This document shows, one piece after another, positions 55,875-64,000 of a stretch of DNA of 64,000 nt. The notes beneath the pieces are model-generated. The model was not told the DNA's origin, ran no database searches, and saw nothing but the letters and a program-made list of their open reading frames with translations. Origin of the DNA: a virus; the IMG/VR virus record IMGVR_UViG_3300010354_000067, positions 1-64,000 of that record. One strand, given 5' to 3'. The position numbers and the translations under genes were made by a program. Position 1 is the stretch's first letter. Each line of letters starts with the position of its first letter.

Positions 55875-56909
55875 CAAAGAATTGATAAGATCAATATACT
55901 TTTGTTTTAATTTAGCATGTGAAAAATTATCATATCCTATGGAGAAAGCATGTTCTTTCTGCTCATCGATATTTGATTTAGAAAAGTATTTATCTACTAC
56001 TTCTGCAAGTTGTTCTGGATTAGCATTGTATAAACTAATGCCTATTCTTGTCATAAATGTTTTGACAAAATTGCTATCTACCAGCCAGTCTTTAGGTAAA
56101 ACTAAATTGTTTGGAGATATGTCTGTCATAAATACTGGCAGTCCACTCATAAGAGCCTCATTCATGGGCAAGCAAAGGCCAGCATAGCGTCTAGGAAGGA
56201 TCATTGCATCATAGTTGCTATAAAGATCCTCCTTATTCTTTTCATTGTTTGTTAATATTGAAAGTCTTTCATCTGTGCAAGAGATATCTAGATTACTCTG
56301 TGTTTTTATTACAAGTTCGTAATCTTTTTTAGAATACTTAAGCATCTCAATTACACTATTCGTTCCATTTCTATCGTAAATAGCGGCTTTTCCAGCAACA
56401 TGCAAAAGTCTATTTGATCTATTAGAATTTATGTTTTTGTTTTGTTCAAAAAGTTTTTCGTCGGTGGGTGGGGGCAGATGAGTAACTAAGCATCTATCCT
56501 CAAACTTTTCTTTTACTTCATCAAATCTCCAAAGACTTGGTGCAAGCAAAACATCTGGTAATAATAACTTGCTATCTGAAAGATAGTCTAAGAACTCAAA
56601 GTTGTATTGCAGAATTGTCTTTATTCTCTTCTTTTTTGCAAGGGCAACAAAATGCTTGCTGTAAAAGGTTTCACAACTAATGACAACCTTTAAGCCATCA
56701 AAGAACTTTAATAGTGTTTTATTATCTGGAAAACCTTTGCTTACTACTATTGGCCTTCCCTCATACCACTCATAGTTTTGAATATTTTTATTATGAAATG
56801 TTGATGAGTCAATGATAAGAATTTTTTCTGGATCAAGCATCTTTACAAGTTCATGTGTCTGGTTTCCCAAACCAGTATTATCTGCCCTTACAACAATTCC
56901 AAGTTTCAT
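55872..56909 (-). CDS. GT-B (GT4-like) glycosyltransferase
   Basis: DNTGLG N-terminus; DAMILPRRYAGLCLPMNEALMSGLPVF.TD. Confidence 0.85.
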   Translation of the reverse strand: MKLGIVVRADNTGLGNQTHELVKMLDPEKILIIDSSTFHNKNIQNYEWYEGRPIVVSKGFPDNKTLLKFFDGLKVVISCETFYSKHFVALAKKKRIKTILQYNFEFLDYLSDSKLLLPDVLLAPSLWRFDEVKEKFEDRCLVTHLPPPTDEKLFEQNKNINSNRSNRLLHVAGKAAIYDRNGTNSVIEMLKYSKKDYELVIKTQSNLDISCTDERLSILTNNEKNKEDLYSNYDAMILPRRYAGLCLPMNEALMSGLPVFMTDISPNNLVLPKDWLVDSNFVKTFMTRIGISLYNANPEQLAEVVDKYFSKSNIDEQKEHAFSIGYDNFSHAKLKQKYIDLINSL

Positions 56910-57595
56910 TCTAGTCCATATCTATTTTTTAGGGTTTCTATTGAGTTTGTCTCCCAATATGAAAGCGGTAGTTGTGGATTATTAAATGGGTTTCTATATT
57001 CTCCCCACCCATCTCTTGTTCTTTCTCCGCCCCACTTATCTTTAAAGTAATCATGTACGGCATTGATATTTACTTGGCAACCATCTGTTGTAGCCCCACC
57101 ATCTGCCTGACAGATTGCATCTATTGGAATGTTCCCATATTCATCTATTCCATAGATTCCACATCGATGATCCCAATCACAGTCTTCAAAATATCCTGGA
57201 TAAAAATTTTCATCAAAATATCCAATAGAATCAACAAGTTTTTTATTAATTGCATTGCAATGCCAAGCATGGCTTGTTCTAAACATGAGTCCAGAATAGT
57301 CTTTTAGTTTTTGTAAAATGGGATCAAAGCCGTTTGGGAAATACATTGAACTTGAAACAACAAATGTCCAGTCGTGCCCTTGCCTTAGACCGATATTCCA
57401 CGATCTAGGAACGCCGATATTCTCATCTTGATAAGATATTTCTATGCCAAGGCGCTCAAACTCTTTGCATTCTTTGCTGCCACTATTGTCTATAAGAAGA
57501 ATGTTTTCATAGTTTTTAATTGAGTAGAGACAATTCCTAGTTCTTTCACTCGTCCTATAAACTGGAATGCATATTAGGTAGTCTAGTATCTCCAT
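56906..57595 (-). CDS. GT-A (GT2-like) glycosyltransferase
   Basis: ICIPVY, LLIDNS, ENIGV.RSWN.G and GYFDENFYPGYFEDCD. Confidence 0.85.
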   Translation of the reverse strand: MEILDYLICIPVYRTSERTRNCLYSIKNYENILLIDNSGSKECKEFERLGIEISYQDENIGVPRSWNIGLRQGHDWTFVVSSSMYFPNGFDPILQKLKDYSGLMFRTSHAWHCNAINKKLVDSIGYFDENFYPGYFEDCDWDHRCGIYGIDEYGNIPIDAICQADGGATTDGCQVNINAVHDYFKDKWGGERTRDGWGEYRNPFNNPQLPLSYWETNSIETLKNRYGLE

Positions 57596-58233
57596 CCCCA
57601 AATCATTCCTCCACGTTCCCAACTTCCCATTGTTCTCACATGATGAGTTTCAGAAAGTTTTTGCACCATTGCTCCAAGCGAATCTCCAGCCCTAATATCA
57701 AATTCCATAGTAATGTAATTGCATTTGTTAATGGATTCTCTTGATGCCCCAAGAATAAGTTCTTTCTCGCTACCCTCAATATCTATTTTTAGAACGTCAA
57801 CTTCTTCAATAGAAAAATGAGCAAGAAGGTCATCAAAACTAATAATCTTTATAGTAGAACCAGGCTTGTTGTCCTTAATCGTAGATCCCCCGCCAGAGTT
57901 ATCGATAACGGCTACTCCATTAAAATTACTTACGCCATAGTCAATGACAAAAATTTTATCTTGCATTCCATTTAACTCTATGTTCTTTTTTAAAACCTCT
58001 AGATTATTTGGCTCTGGCTCAACAGCATATACCTGAGCACCCTTTGATGCACAGTAAACAGAGAAGCATCCAATGTTTGCTCCAATATCTAGAACAACTC
58101 CACCACGATTAAGATATTCATCTTCCATTCGATAAACATCTTCTTCCCAAATTTCTCGGATAACAACTGGATCTGTGTCCATGTCTTCTCTTACATAAAA
58201 TTTGCAAGCACCATTTACTTCTTGAATAATCAT
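57583..58233 (-). CDS. FkbM-family methyltransferase
   Basis: VLDIGANIG, AVEP.P.N and VLKIDIEGSE. Confidence 0.9.
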   Translation of the reverse strand: MIIQEVNGACKFYVREDMDTDPVVIREIWEEDVYRMEDEYLNRGGVVLDIGANIGCFSVYCASKGAQVYAVEPEPNNLEVLKKNIELNGMQDKIFVIDYGVSNFNGVAVIDNSGGGSTIKDNKPGSTIKIISFDDLLAHFSIEEVDVLKIDIEGSEKELILGASRESINKCNYITMEFDIRAGDSLGAMVQKLSETHHVRTMGSWERGGMIWGWRY

Positions 58234-59174
58234 AATCCTAATTCCTCTAATATAAACTGCCACCTATCTTTGTAGGTATAGTTTCCTTTTACCAATTCAT
58301 GACCAGCAAGTCTTATCTCTTCCCTTTCCTCGTCATGATCTAAGTAATAATCTATTAATTCCTTCAACTGCTTAAAGTTCTTGTATTGATAAAAGACCAA
58401 ATGCTCTTTATCAACAAATTCTTTTTCCATTCCAGAGATATATGGATGAATAATAAAACCACCGCGCCCAATAGTTTCATAAACTCTATCTGACCAATAA
58501 TCAGAATAAGTAAAGTTTGGACAAAGTGTATCCCCAACAACTACCTTGGTGCTTGCATAAAGTTTATTTAAGTTTTTCCCCCTGACTGTTCCAAGACCAT
58601 CGTTACCCCAATGCTCAAACTTTTTCCCATATGTCTTTTCAAGCCAGTCAATAAGTTGAGTACGGTATTTCCACTCTGGATGATATCTTTTGCTTCCAAC
58701 AAAGATAACTTCATGGCTTAGACTTTTTGCGGGGGTGAAATAAGCCTCTTTATCATAAACTCCAGCGGGTACATAATGTCCCTTTACCGAAGTTTTTTTA
58801 TTAAACCATTCTGCCATCTTTGCATCTACTGTAAAAAAATGACCTATTTCTTTATATACTGGATCAGAAGAAAGATCTCTTTGCCTTTTTAGACCAAACC
58901 ATAGGTCTAGATGGTATGTCATCGTTGGAATACCATTTAATTTTAATTGTTTTAGTACAGTAGACATGGTTAGCCTACCCTTAGTCTTCCATCCATGAGT
59001 ATGGACCCAGACAAAAAGGTCAGCCTTTTTTGCGGCAGCAAGAATTTCCTCACTCGTAGCCTCAGTTTCTTGTAACTTAGTAACCTTGTGTCCCATGGAC
59101 TGTAAGGTTTTCACATGATGGCTTTCGGTGGTATAATCTACTCTGAAGTTTCCAAGAAAAACAATTTTTGCCAT
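58230..59174 (-). CDS. CgeB-like GT-B glycosyltransferase
   Basis: VIFVGS, YWSDRVYE..GRGGF, YYLDHDEEREEI..AG and YTYKDR. Confidence 0.85.
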   Translation of the reverse strand: MAKIVFLGNFRVDYTTESHHVKTLQSMGHKVTKLQETEATSEEILAAAKKADLFVWVHTHGWKTKGRLTMSTVLKQLKLNGIPTMTYHLDLWFGLKRQRDLSSDPVYKEIGHFFTVDAKMAEWFNKKTSVKGHYVPAGVYDKEAYFTPAKSLSHEVIFVGSKRYHPEWKYRTQLIDWLEKTYGKKFEHWGNDGLGTVRGKNLNKLYASTKVVVGDTLCPNFTYSDYWSDRVYETIGRGGFIIHPYISGMEKEFVDKEHLVFYQYKNFKQLKELIDYYLDHDEEREEIRLAGHELVKGNYTYKDRWQFILEELGL

Positions 59175-59198
59175 TTTTTTACCAATCTAAGTGCATAA

Positions 59199-59207
59199 AT
59201 TATATCA
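59199..59207 (-). promoter_or_regulatory. extended -10 promoter for the glycosylation island
   Basis: TGATATAAT on the minus strand, within a GTGCAT/ATGCAC inverted repeat. Confidence 0.7.
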
Positions 59208-59229
59208 TGCACATTTTTGAAATAAGTAA

Positions 59230-59304
59230 TGGTGTGTGGCGCAACGGCAGCGCAATCGGCTGTTAACCGATGGGTTGGAGGTTCGAATCCTCCCACACCA
59301 GCCA
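59230..59304 (+). tRNA. tRNA-Asn (GUU)
   Basis: TGGTGTG/CACACCA-G-CCA; ATCGG-CT GTT AA-CCGAT. Confidence 0.92.
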
Positions 59305-59334
59305 TTGACAAAGGCGTACCATTTTTGGTACACT
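59305..59334 (+). promoter_or_regulatory. -35/-10 promoter
   Basis: TTGACA, 18 bp, TACACT with TGn, directly after the tRNA CCA. Confidence 0.65.
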
Positions 59335-59373
59335 ATTGACACGGAAACTGGCGCACTGAGTTACGGAGAATGT

Positions 59374-59838
59374 ATGAAGCAGACAGCCGTCATATTTGAT
59401 ATGGACGGTACTCTTGCAGATGTGTCATCTATTAGGCATCACCTAAAGTTTTATGATGATACAAAGCGCAGAGTTATCAAGCACTTTGATAAGTTTCATG
59501 ATGAGTCTGTCAATGTACCCCCGCACTCTCATGTAGTGAGTGCAGCGCAGGTAGCGCATATGCTAGGCCATGCTGTGCTTATCGTTACTGCACGCAAGCA
59601 CATGTGGCGTCACCATACTGCATGGTGGCTTGCAATGCATAGCGTTCCTAGCGATGCGCTATTCATGCGGGGTAATGAGGATAATAGAAAAGATTATGAG
59701 GTAAAGAAAGACATACTTGACACAATTCGTCAAGCATATAATGTAATACATGCATGGGACGACAATCCTTCTATCATCAAACTATGGACAGAAGAGGGAA
59801 TTCCATGTACAATTGTGGAGGGATGGGATCATGGCTAG
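59374..59838 (+). CDS. HAD phosphatase (PNKP 3'-phosphatase-like)
   Basis: FDMDGTLAD, VTAR, LFMR..D.RKD..VK and WDDNP. Confidence 0.88.
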   Translation: MKQTAVIFDMDGTLADVSSIRHHLKFYDDTKRRVIKHFDKFHDESVNVPPHSHVVSAAQVAHMLGHAVLIVTARKHMWRHHTAWWLAMHSVPSDALFMRGNEDNRKDYEVKKDILDTIRQAYNVIHAWDDNPSIIKLWTEEGIPCTIVEGWDHG

Positions 59839-59986
59839 AAAGAAAGAGAGCCATGTCCCAGACCCTACACCAGATAGGCAACTAGAGCACCCATCTGGAT
59901 GGTGTATAACTGGACACCATGATGGATGCAAGTATCAATTTGATCATGGTAAGTGTGGATGTATTTGTCATAAGGAGAAGAAATGA
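59831..59986 (+). CDS. small Cys/His-rich protein
   Basis: SGWCITGHHDGC...CGCICH. Confidence 0.65.
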   Translation: MARKKESHVPDPTPDRQLEHPSGWCITGHHDGCKYQFDHGKCGCICHKEKK

Positions 59987-60219
59987 GCAAGTCTAAGTAT
60001 GGAAATAGTAATCTTTATATGACTACCCGCGAGTTTGCGGATCTAGTTATTGAGGTTCTACATGAGCAGAATTATTTTAAGAAGGATGATACTGCTCATC
60101 CAGGCGACATTTGTTTTGCTTTCTCTACTATTTCTGAGACTATTGGCGCAGCAATGTCTTGGGCTATTCAGCAGGAGGCAAAGGTGGTTACAGATAAGAA
60201 GAACGCTGGATATCTTTAA
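59983..60219 (+). CDS. hypothetical protein
   Basis: AAGGAG SD. Confidence 0.7.
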   Translation: MSKSKYGNSNLYMTTREFADLVIEVLHEQNYFKKDDTAHPGDICFAFSTISETIGAAMSWAIQQEAKVVTDKKNAGYL

Positions 60220-60398
60220 TGCCAACCTATACATACATTTGTGCAATGTGCGGTCAATTTGATTGGATTCATCCAATGAATGAAGACTTGCTATATTGTC
60301 CTAAATGTGGAATACCTGACTTCAAGAAGGTATTTGGAAATGTAGGAATATCGTTTAAGGGTTCTGGATTTTATTCTACGGATAGTAAGGGCAAGTAA
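60219..60398 (+). CDS. FmdB-family zinc-ribbon protein (59 aa)
   Basis: MPTYTYICAMCG...CPKCG...FKGSGFYSTD; TAATG overlaps at both ends. Confidence 0.9.
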   Translation: MPTYTYICAMCGQFDWIHPMNEDLLYCPKCGIPDFKKVFGNVGISFKGSGFYSTDSKGK

Positions 60399-61447
60399 TG
60401 CAAAAATATATCGATACCGCTCTTTGTTTTGACGATATCCTTCTTGTTCCACAGAGAAGTTCAGTTTCATCACGGCATTCAGTAGATACAAAAATGATTA
60501 TTGGAAGTGGCAAGAGGGCTATCAGTCTTGATCTTCCCGTTGTTGCTGCACCTATGGATACCGTTTGTGATATTGAAATGTGCATTGCTATGGCTAACGC
60601 AGGAGGATTGGGAATCCTTCATAGATATATGACATATGAAGAGCAGGTAAAAAAGGCCAAGACGCTTGCTGATGCAGAGTTTGGATTTGGCGTTGCAATT
60701 GCATCTAACAATGGTTTTCTTGAGCAGGCTCAGGCACTTTATTACGCAGGAGTGAGAATGCTTCTTGTTGATACGGCAAATGGGCACGGCAAGTATGCCA
60801 TCAATGCGGTCAAGGCCTTGAGAGATAAGTTTGACGATGTACATATTATGGCAGGGAATGTAGCAACTGCTGACGGATTTGCTCGTCTTGCAGAGGCAGG
60901 AGCAGACTCTGTTCGTGTTGGAATTGGCGGCGGTAGCGCATGTACTACTCGTATTGTAAGTGGTCATGGAGTTCCTACACTGGCATCTATTATGGACTGT
61001 GATGCATGGCTAGAAAACTTTGGCTCAAATGGAATCGATACTTGTTCAATCGTTGCTGATGGCGGAATTAGAAACTCAGGCGATATGGTCAAGGCATTTG
61101 CTGCTGGAGCACATGCAGTCATGATAGGATCTATGCTTGCTGGAACAGATGAGTCTCCTGGCACGGTCTTTATCAATGAGCAAGGCCAGCATGTTAAGGC
61201 CTTTCGTGGAATGGCTTCACGAGAGGCACAAAAGGATGCTACAGGCAATGTAAGCGTAGCGGAGGGAATTAGCACAACAATTCCCTACAAGGGATCTGTT
61301 AAAAACATTATTGATGAAATTCGTGGCGGCATAGGAAGTGGCTGCTCATACTCAGGAGTTTATAATCTATTTGAACTATCTTCTTTTGCAAAGTATGTCA
61401 AGGTAACTCACGCATCTCTCAATGAGTCTAAGCCTCACGCACAATAG
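60398..61447 (+). CDS. IMP dehydrogenase/GMP reductase family protein, no CBS domain
   Basis: [35 protein letters not shown] and FRGMAS. Confidence 0.9.
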   Translation: MQKYIDTALCFDDILLVPQRSSVSSRHSVDTKMIIGSGKRAISLDLPVVAAPMDTVCDIEMCIAMANAGGLGILHRYMTYEEQVKKAKTLADAEFGFGVAIASNNGFLEQAQALYYAGVRMLLVDTANGHGKYAINAVKALRDKFDDVHIMAGNVATADGFARLAEAGADSVRVGIGGGSACTTRIVSGHGVPTLASIMDCDAWLENFGSNGIDTCSIVADGGIRNSGDMVKAFAAGAHAVMIGSMLAGTDESPGTVFINEQGQHVKAFRGMASREAQKDATGNVSVAEGISTTIPYKGSVKNIIDEIRGGIGSGCSYSGVYNLFELSSFAKYVKVTHASLNESKPHAQ

Positions 61448-61456
61448 GAGTTAATA

Positions 61457-62530
61457 ATGAACGAGTGGAAGCCTCTTAGTCGCAAGGATCAGCCTAAGGT
61501 GAGCAATGTTGAGATGGACAGCATTACCTCTCAACTTATTCTTCCTTTTGATTATGAATCAGATGGGCTTGAAAGTTTTTATCCTTATGACATTCCTGCT
61601 GATCTACCAGATCAGTGGGGCATTGGCGTTATTGTAGGAGCAAGTGGCACTGGCAAGTCTACGCTGTTGCAAGAATTCGGTACATATGAAAAAGTACAGT
61701 GGAATCATAACATGTCTATTGCATCCCATTTTGGCAGCGCAGAAGAGGCGAGCGAATTGCTAGCAGCAGCAGGACTTATGAGTGTGCCAGAATGGATTAA
61801 GCCATATGATGTATTATCTACAGGTCAGAAATTTAGGGCTGACCTAGCGAGGAGTATTAAAAATAATGCTGTTATTGATGAGTTTACTTCTGTTGTTGAT
61901 CGTAACGTTGCTAAGGCTGCTTCTACTGCACTATCACGATACGTCCGTAAAAACGGCGTTAGAAATATTGTGGTGGCTACTTGCCATAGGGACGTTCTTG
62001 AATTTCTGGAGCCTGATTGGGTCATAGATACTGATAAGGGTGCTTGGTCTATCTCTAAGGAGTGGCAAAGGCGACCTCAACTGGATCTCACAATTTATCC
62101 GTGCGACTACACCCTTTGGGGCTACTTCGCTCCATATCACTACCTCACAGGAAACATCAACAGATCAGCACATTGTTATGTTGGGATCTGGGAAGGACAA
62201 TTAGTTGCGTTTAATTCATGTATCACAGCACCGAACGGTAATTACAAGAACGCTTATCGCGGTCACCGTCTTGTCGTGCATCCTGACTATCAGGGGTTTG
62301 GTTTTGGCCCAAAGATCAGCGAGGCGGTAGCACAACATTATGTGGACAATGGCAAGCGTTACTTTGCAAAGACTGCCCATCCTAGGCTCGGGGGGTACAG
62401 GGATAGCAGCCCTCTGTGGAAGCCTACTAGCAAGAATCATATGAAGCGTAAGGATGGTGCAGGAAATACGCGATGGGAAATCAATCCAGATAGATGGACA
62501 TTTTCTCATGAGTATATTGGCACGGTATAA
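61457..62530 (+). CDS. ABC-type ATPase fused to a GNAT acetyltransferase
   Basis: GASGTGKS, LSTGQ, VIDEF and TCH; then RLVVHPDYQGFGFG acetyl-CoA motif A. Confidence 0.85.
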   Translation: MNEWKPLSRKDQPKVSNVEMDSITSQLILPFDYESDGLESFYPYDIPADLPDQWGIGVIVGASGTGKSTLLQEFGTYEKVQWNHNMSIASHFGSAEEASELLAAAGLMSVPEWIKPYDVLSTGQKFRADLARSIKNNAVIDEFTSVVDRNVAKAASTALSRYVRKNGVRNIVVATCHRDVLEFLEPDWVIDTDKGAWSISKEWQRRPQLDLTIYPCDYTLWGYFAPYHYLTGNINRSAHCYVGIWEGQLVAFNSCITAPNGNYKNAYRGHRLVVHPDYQGFGFGPKISEAVAQHYVDNGKRYFAKTAHPRLGGYRDSSPLWKPTSKNHMKRKDGAGNTRWEINPDRWTFSHEYIGTV

Positions 62531-62531
62531 T

Positions 62532-62747
62532 ATGAGAGTCAATGTATTTCGACAACCATCCATGGAGCCATTCGTGGCTCACATGAGAATAATGTATGAG
62601 GAAAACATGAGAAAAGATACCGAACCATACTGGAGAGAAAGAATATCAAAAGAAATACTGTGGGCATGTGAGCACAGTATTGAGCCATGTATTGAATGTG
62701 AAGAACTGTCTTATTTTATTAAGAATGGATTGAGAAATGCCTCATGA
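62532..62747 (+). CDS. hypothetical protein
   Basis: ATG right after the previous stop; CEH...CIEC. Confidence 0.6.
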   Translation: MRVNVFRQPSMEPFVAHMRIMYEENMRKDTEPYWRERISKEILWACEHSIEPCIECEELSYFIKNGLRNAS

Positions 62748-62925
62748 GAAGTTTTGTAAATCATACTATCCAGATCTAATAAAGATTGAAGACTGCAACT
62801 GGTGTGACTCACTTAGTAAGTTACGGGTTGACATAGCAAATGACGTTGCGCTATACTTTAGTCGCCACCCACAATTTGCAAAAGTGCATACAGACTTTAT
62901 TAATAAACTTATCCTAGGAGAATGA
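62737..62925 (+). CDS. small HCCC zinc-binding protein
   Basis: H-x3-C-x12-C-x2-C. Confidence 0.65.
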   Translation: MPHEKFCKSYYPDLIKIEDCNWCDSLSKLRVDIANDVALYFSRHPQFAKVHTDFINKLILGE

Positions 62926-62926
62926 A

Positions 62927-63073
62927 ATGTTGATTGATCTTGACACGGAGCAGTGGAAGTATATTCATGATGTAATGACAAAAAGCCTGAATAACAATAC
63001 TGAAATATTGTCAATTGATGACAAGATAATGCACAACGAGATTGTTCGTCGTATTAAAAGTAGACTTAAGTAA
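62927..63073 (+). CDS. small hypothetical protein (48 aa)
   Basis: AGGAG SD; MLIDLDTEQWKYIHDVM. Confidence 0.65.
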   Translation: MLIDLDTEQWKYIHDVMTKSLNNNTEILSIDDKIMHNEIVRRIKSRLK

Positions 63074-63088
63074 GATTGGAAATAGAGC

Positions 63089-63256
63089 ATGAATCCACAG
63101 CAGGAAGATATCGAGCGCAAGGAATGGGAGGCACACAAGATGGTCTGTCTCGCAAAGAACCAGTGTCCATATTCTGGACTAGACGGTCCTGAATGTAAGT
63201 CTTGGCTTTGTGATTGTTTTGAGTTTGAAGATATTTGGGGAGTGAGCCAAAAGTGA
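63089..63256 (+). CDS. small Cys-rich protein (55 aa)
   Basis: MNPQQEDIERKEW...CPY...CKSWLCDC. Confidence 0.55.
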   Translation: MNPQQEDIERKEWEAHKMVCLAKNQCPYSGLDGPECKSWLCDCFEFEDIWGVSQK

Positions 63257-63444
63257 AGGGTCATGACGGACTGTGCCCAACACCAAATCCTACAATGTTT
63301 GATCGTAAGCATTGTGCATATTGCAATTTGATTGATACTGTTCGTGAGCATTATCGTGAGAAGGGCAAGGGCAGCAAGACATATGAAGAAGGCTATCATG
63401 ATGGATGGTCTGCTGCTATTGACAAACTTAAAGAGTTGGCGTAA
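63253..63444 (+). CDS. small HCCC zinc-binding protein
   Basis: GTGA overlap start; H-x3-C-x12-C-x2-C; EEGYHDGW. Confidence 0.65.
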   Translation: MKGHDGLCPTPNPTMFDRKHCAYCNLIDTVREHYREKGKGSKTYEEGYHDGWSAAIDKLKELA

Positions 63445-63446
63445 AA

Positions 63447-63592
63447 TGGATGCCGTTGCGCTAGTAAGGCGTGATGACTTCTACGATATTCTTATCAATA
63501 ATAAGAAGGTAGGGTCTGGCTTTTGGCGGTGGGTAGACACAGCCTATTATTTCTATCGTCTAGAAGGAATGGAAGTAAAAATCTATGAGTGA
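63447..63592 (+). CDS. small hypothetical protein
   Basis: MDAVALVRRDDFYDILIN..., the 3' part of the track ORF 63332-63592; start approximate. Confidence 0.5.
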
Positions 63593-63836
63593 TTACAACG
63601 AACTGCCTCTTTACCTTGATGAAACTGGAGAAAAGACTACTGTAGATATGTGGGTATATACAGAGCCAAATAAGTTCTTCATTATCAATGATGTTAATAA
63701 TAATCCAGTTTGCTATCAAGGATGGTGGACGATTCCATTCATTCAATACAATCGTTACGCTACCGTACACATTGAAGCGTCTAAGGTAATGTATTTCGTA
63801 ACGATAGACAATAAAAAGGTAGAAGATTATGATTAA
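63585..63836 (+). CDS. hypothetical protein
   Basis: 83-aa ORF overlapping the previous stop. Confidence 0.65.
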   Translation: MSDYNELPLYLDETGEKTTVDMWVYTEPNKFFIINDVNNNPVCYQGWWTIPFIQYNRYATVHIEASKVMYFVTIDNKKVEDYD

Positions 63837-64000
63837 AGTCCAGCCTAATAGGTCTAAGCGGGAATCTATTCAGCGTACCGAAAGTGGTACGGTTGTGCCA
63901 ACACGGGAGAAGCAATGACTAATGTAAAATGTTGGAACTGTGGCAACGATTTTGAGCATGTAAGTTCGGCGCGAAAAACAGAGACACGCGGCCAATCTAT

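Noticed and set aside
36249-59366. 11-mers shared with the ssb-dnaE element (CTGAGTTACGG at 59356; TTACGGTTGAG at 45498)
   Set aside because: Single 11-nt matches are expected by chance in 64 kb
47277-59373. Track ORFs or ORF extensions crossing tRNAs (47277-47558, 47527 start, 55191-55382, 55407-55715, 59236 start)
   Set aside because: They overlap well-formed tRNA genes; better starts exist at 47593 and 59374
64-64000. Stop-codon reassignment
   Set aside because: Genes are intact under the standard code, all three stops end genes, and no suppressor tRNA was found

Overview
This window is 64 kb of an AT-rich, long-tailed (siphovirus-like) dsDNA phage genome, almost all on the + strand. The host is probably a low-GC actinobacterium: the window has WhiB, FmdB-type and MSMEG_6728-type genes, leaderless genes and TAnnnT promoters. 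Gene order: class II RNR; head genes (portal, protease-scaffold fusion, major capsid protein); neck and tail genes with a -1 frameshifted tail chaperone and a 2367-aa tape measure; a DnaB/primase/SSB/DnaE/RecA replication and recombination block; a secreted lytic transglycosylase; terminase, far from the portal; endolysin; an accessory region with 10 tRNAs; a minus-strand glycosyltransferase/methyltransferase island between two tRNAs; and nucleotide-metabolism genes. The most notable candidate system is a C-terminal peptide (KSLWGGRF) ending the protease-scaffold, which recurs at the C-termini of three dispersed small proteins that also carry Lys-Ala/Ser sites at domain boundaries. This suggests a capsid cargo-loading tag plus protease processing. 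Other highlights are a 5'UTR/3'UTR pairing around the transglycosylase gene, a 111-nt structured element between ssb and dnaE, and a tRNA-Ile with a UAU anticodon. All calls come from reading motifs by eye; no searches were run.
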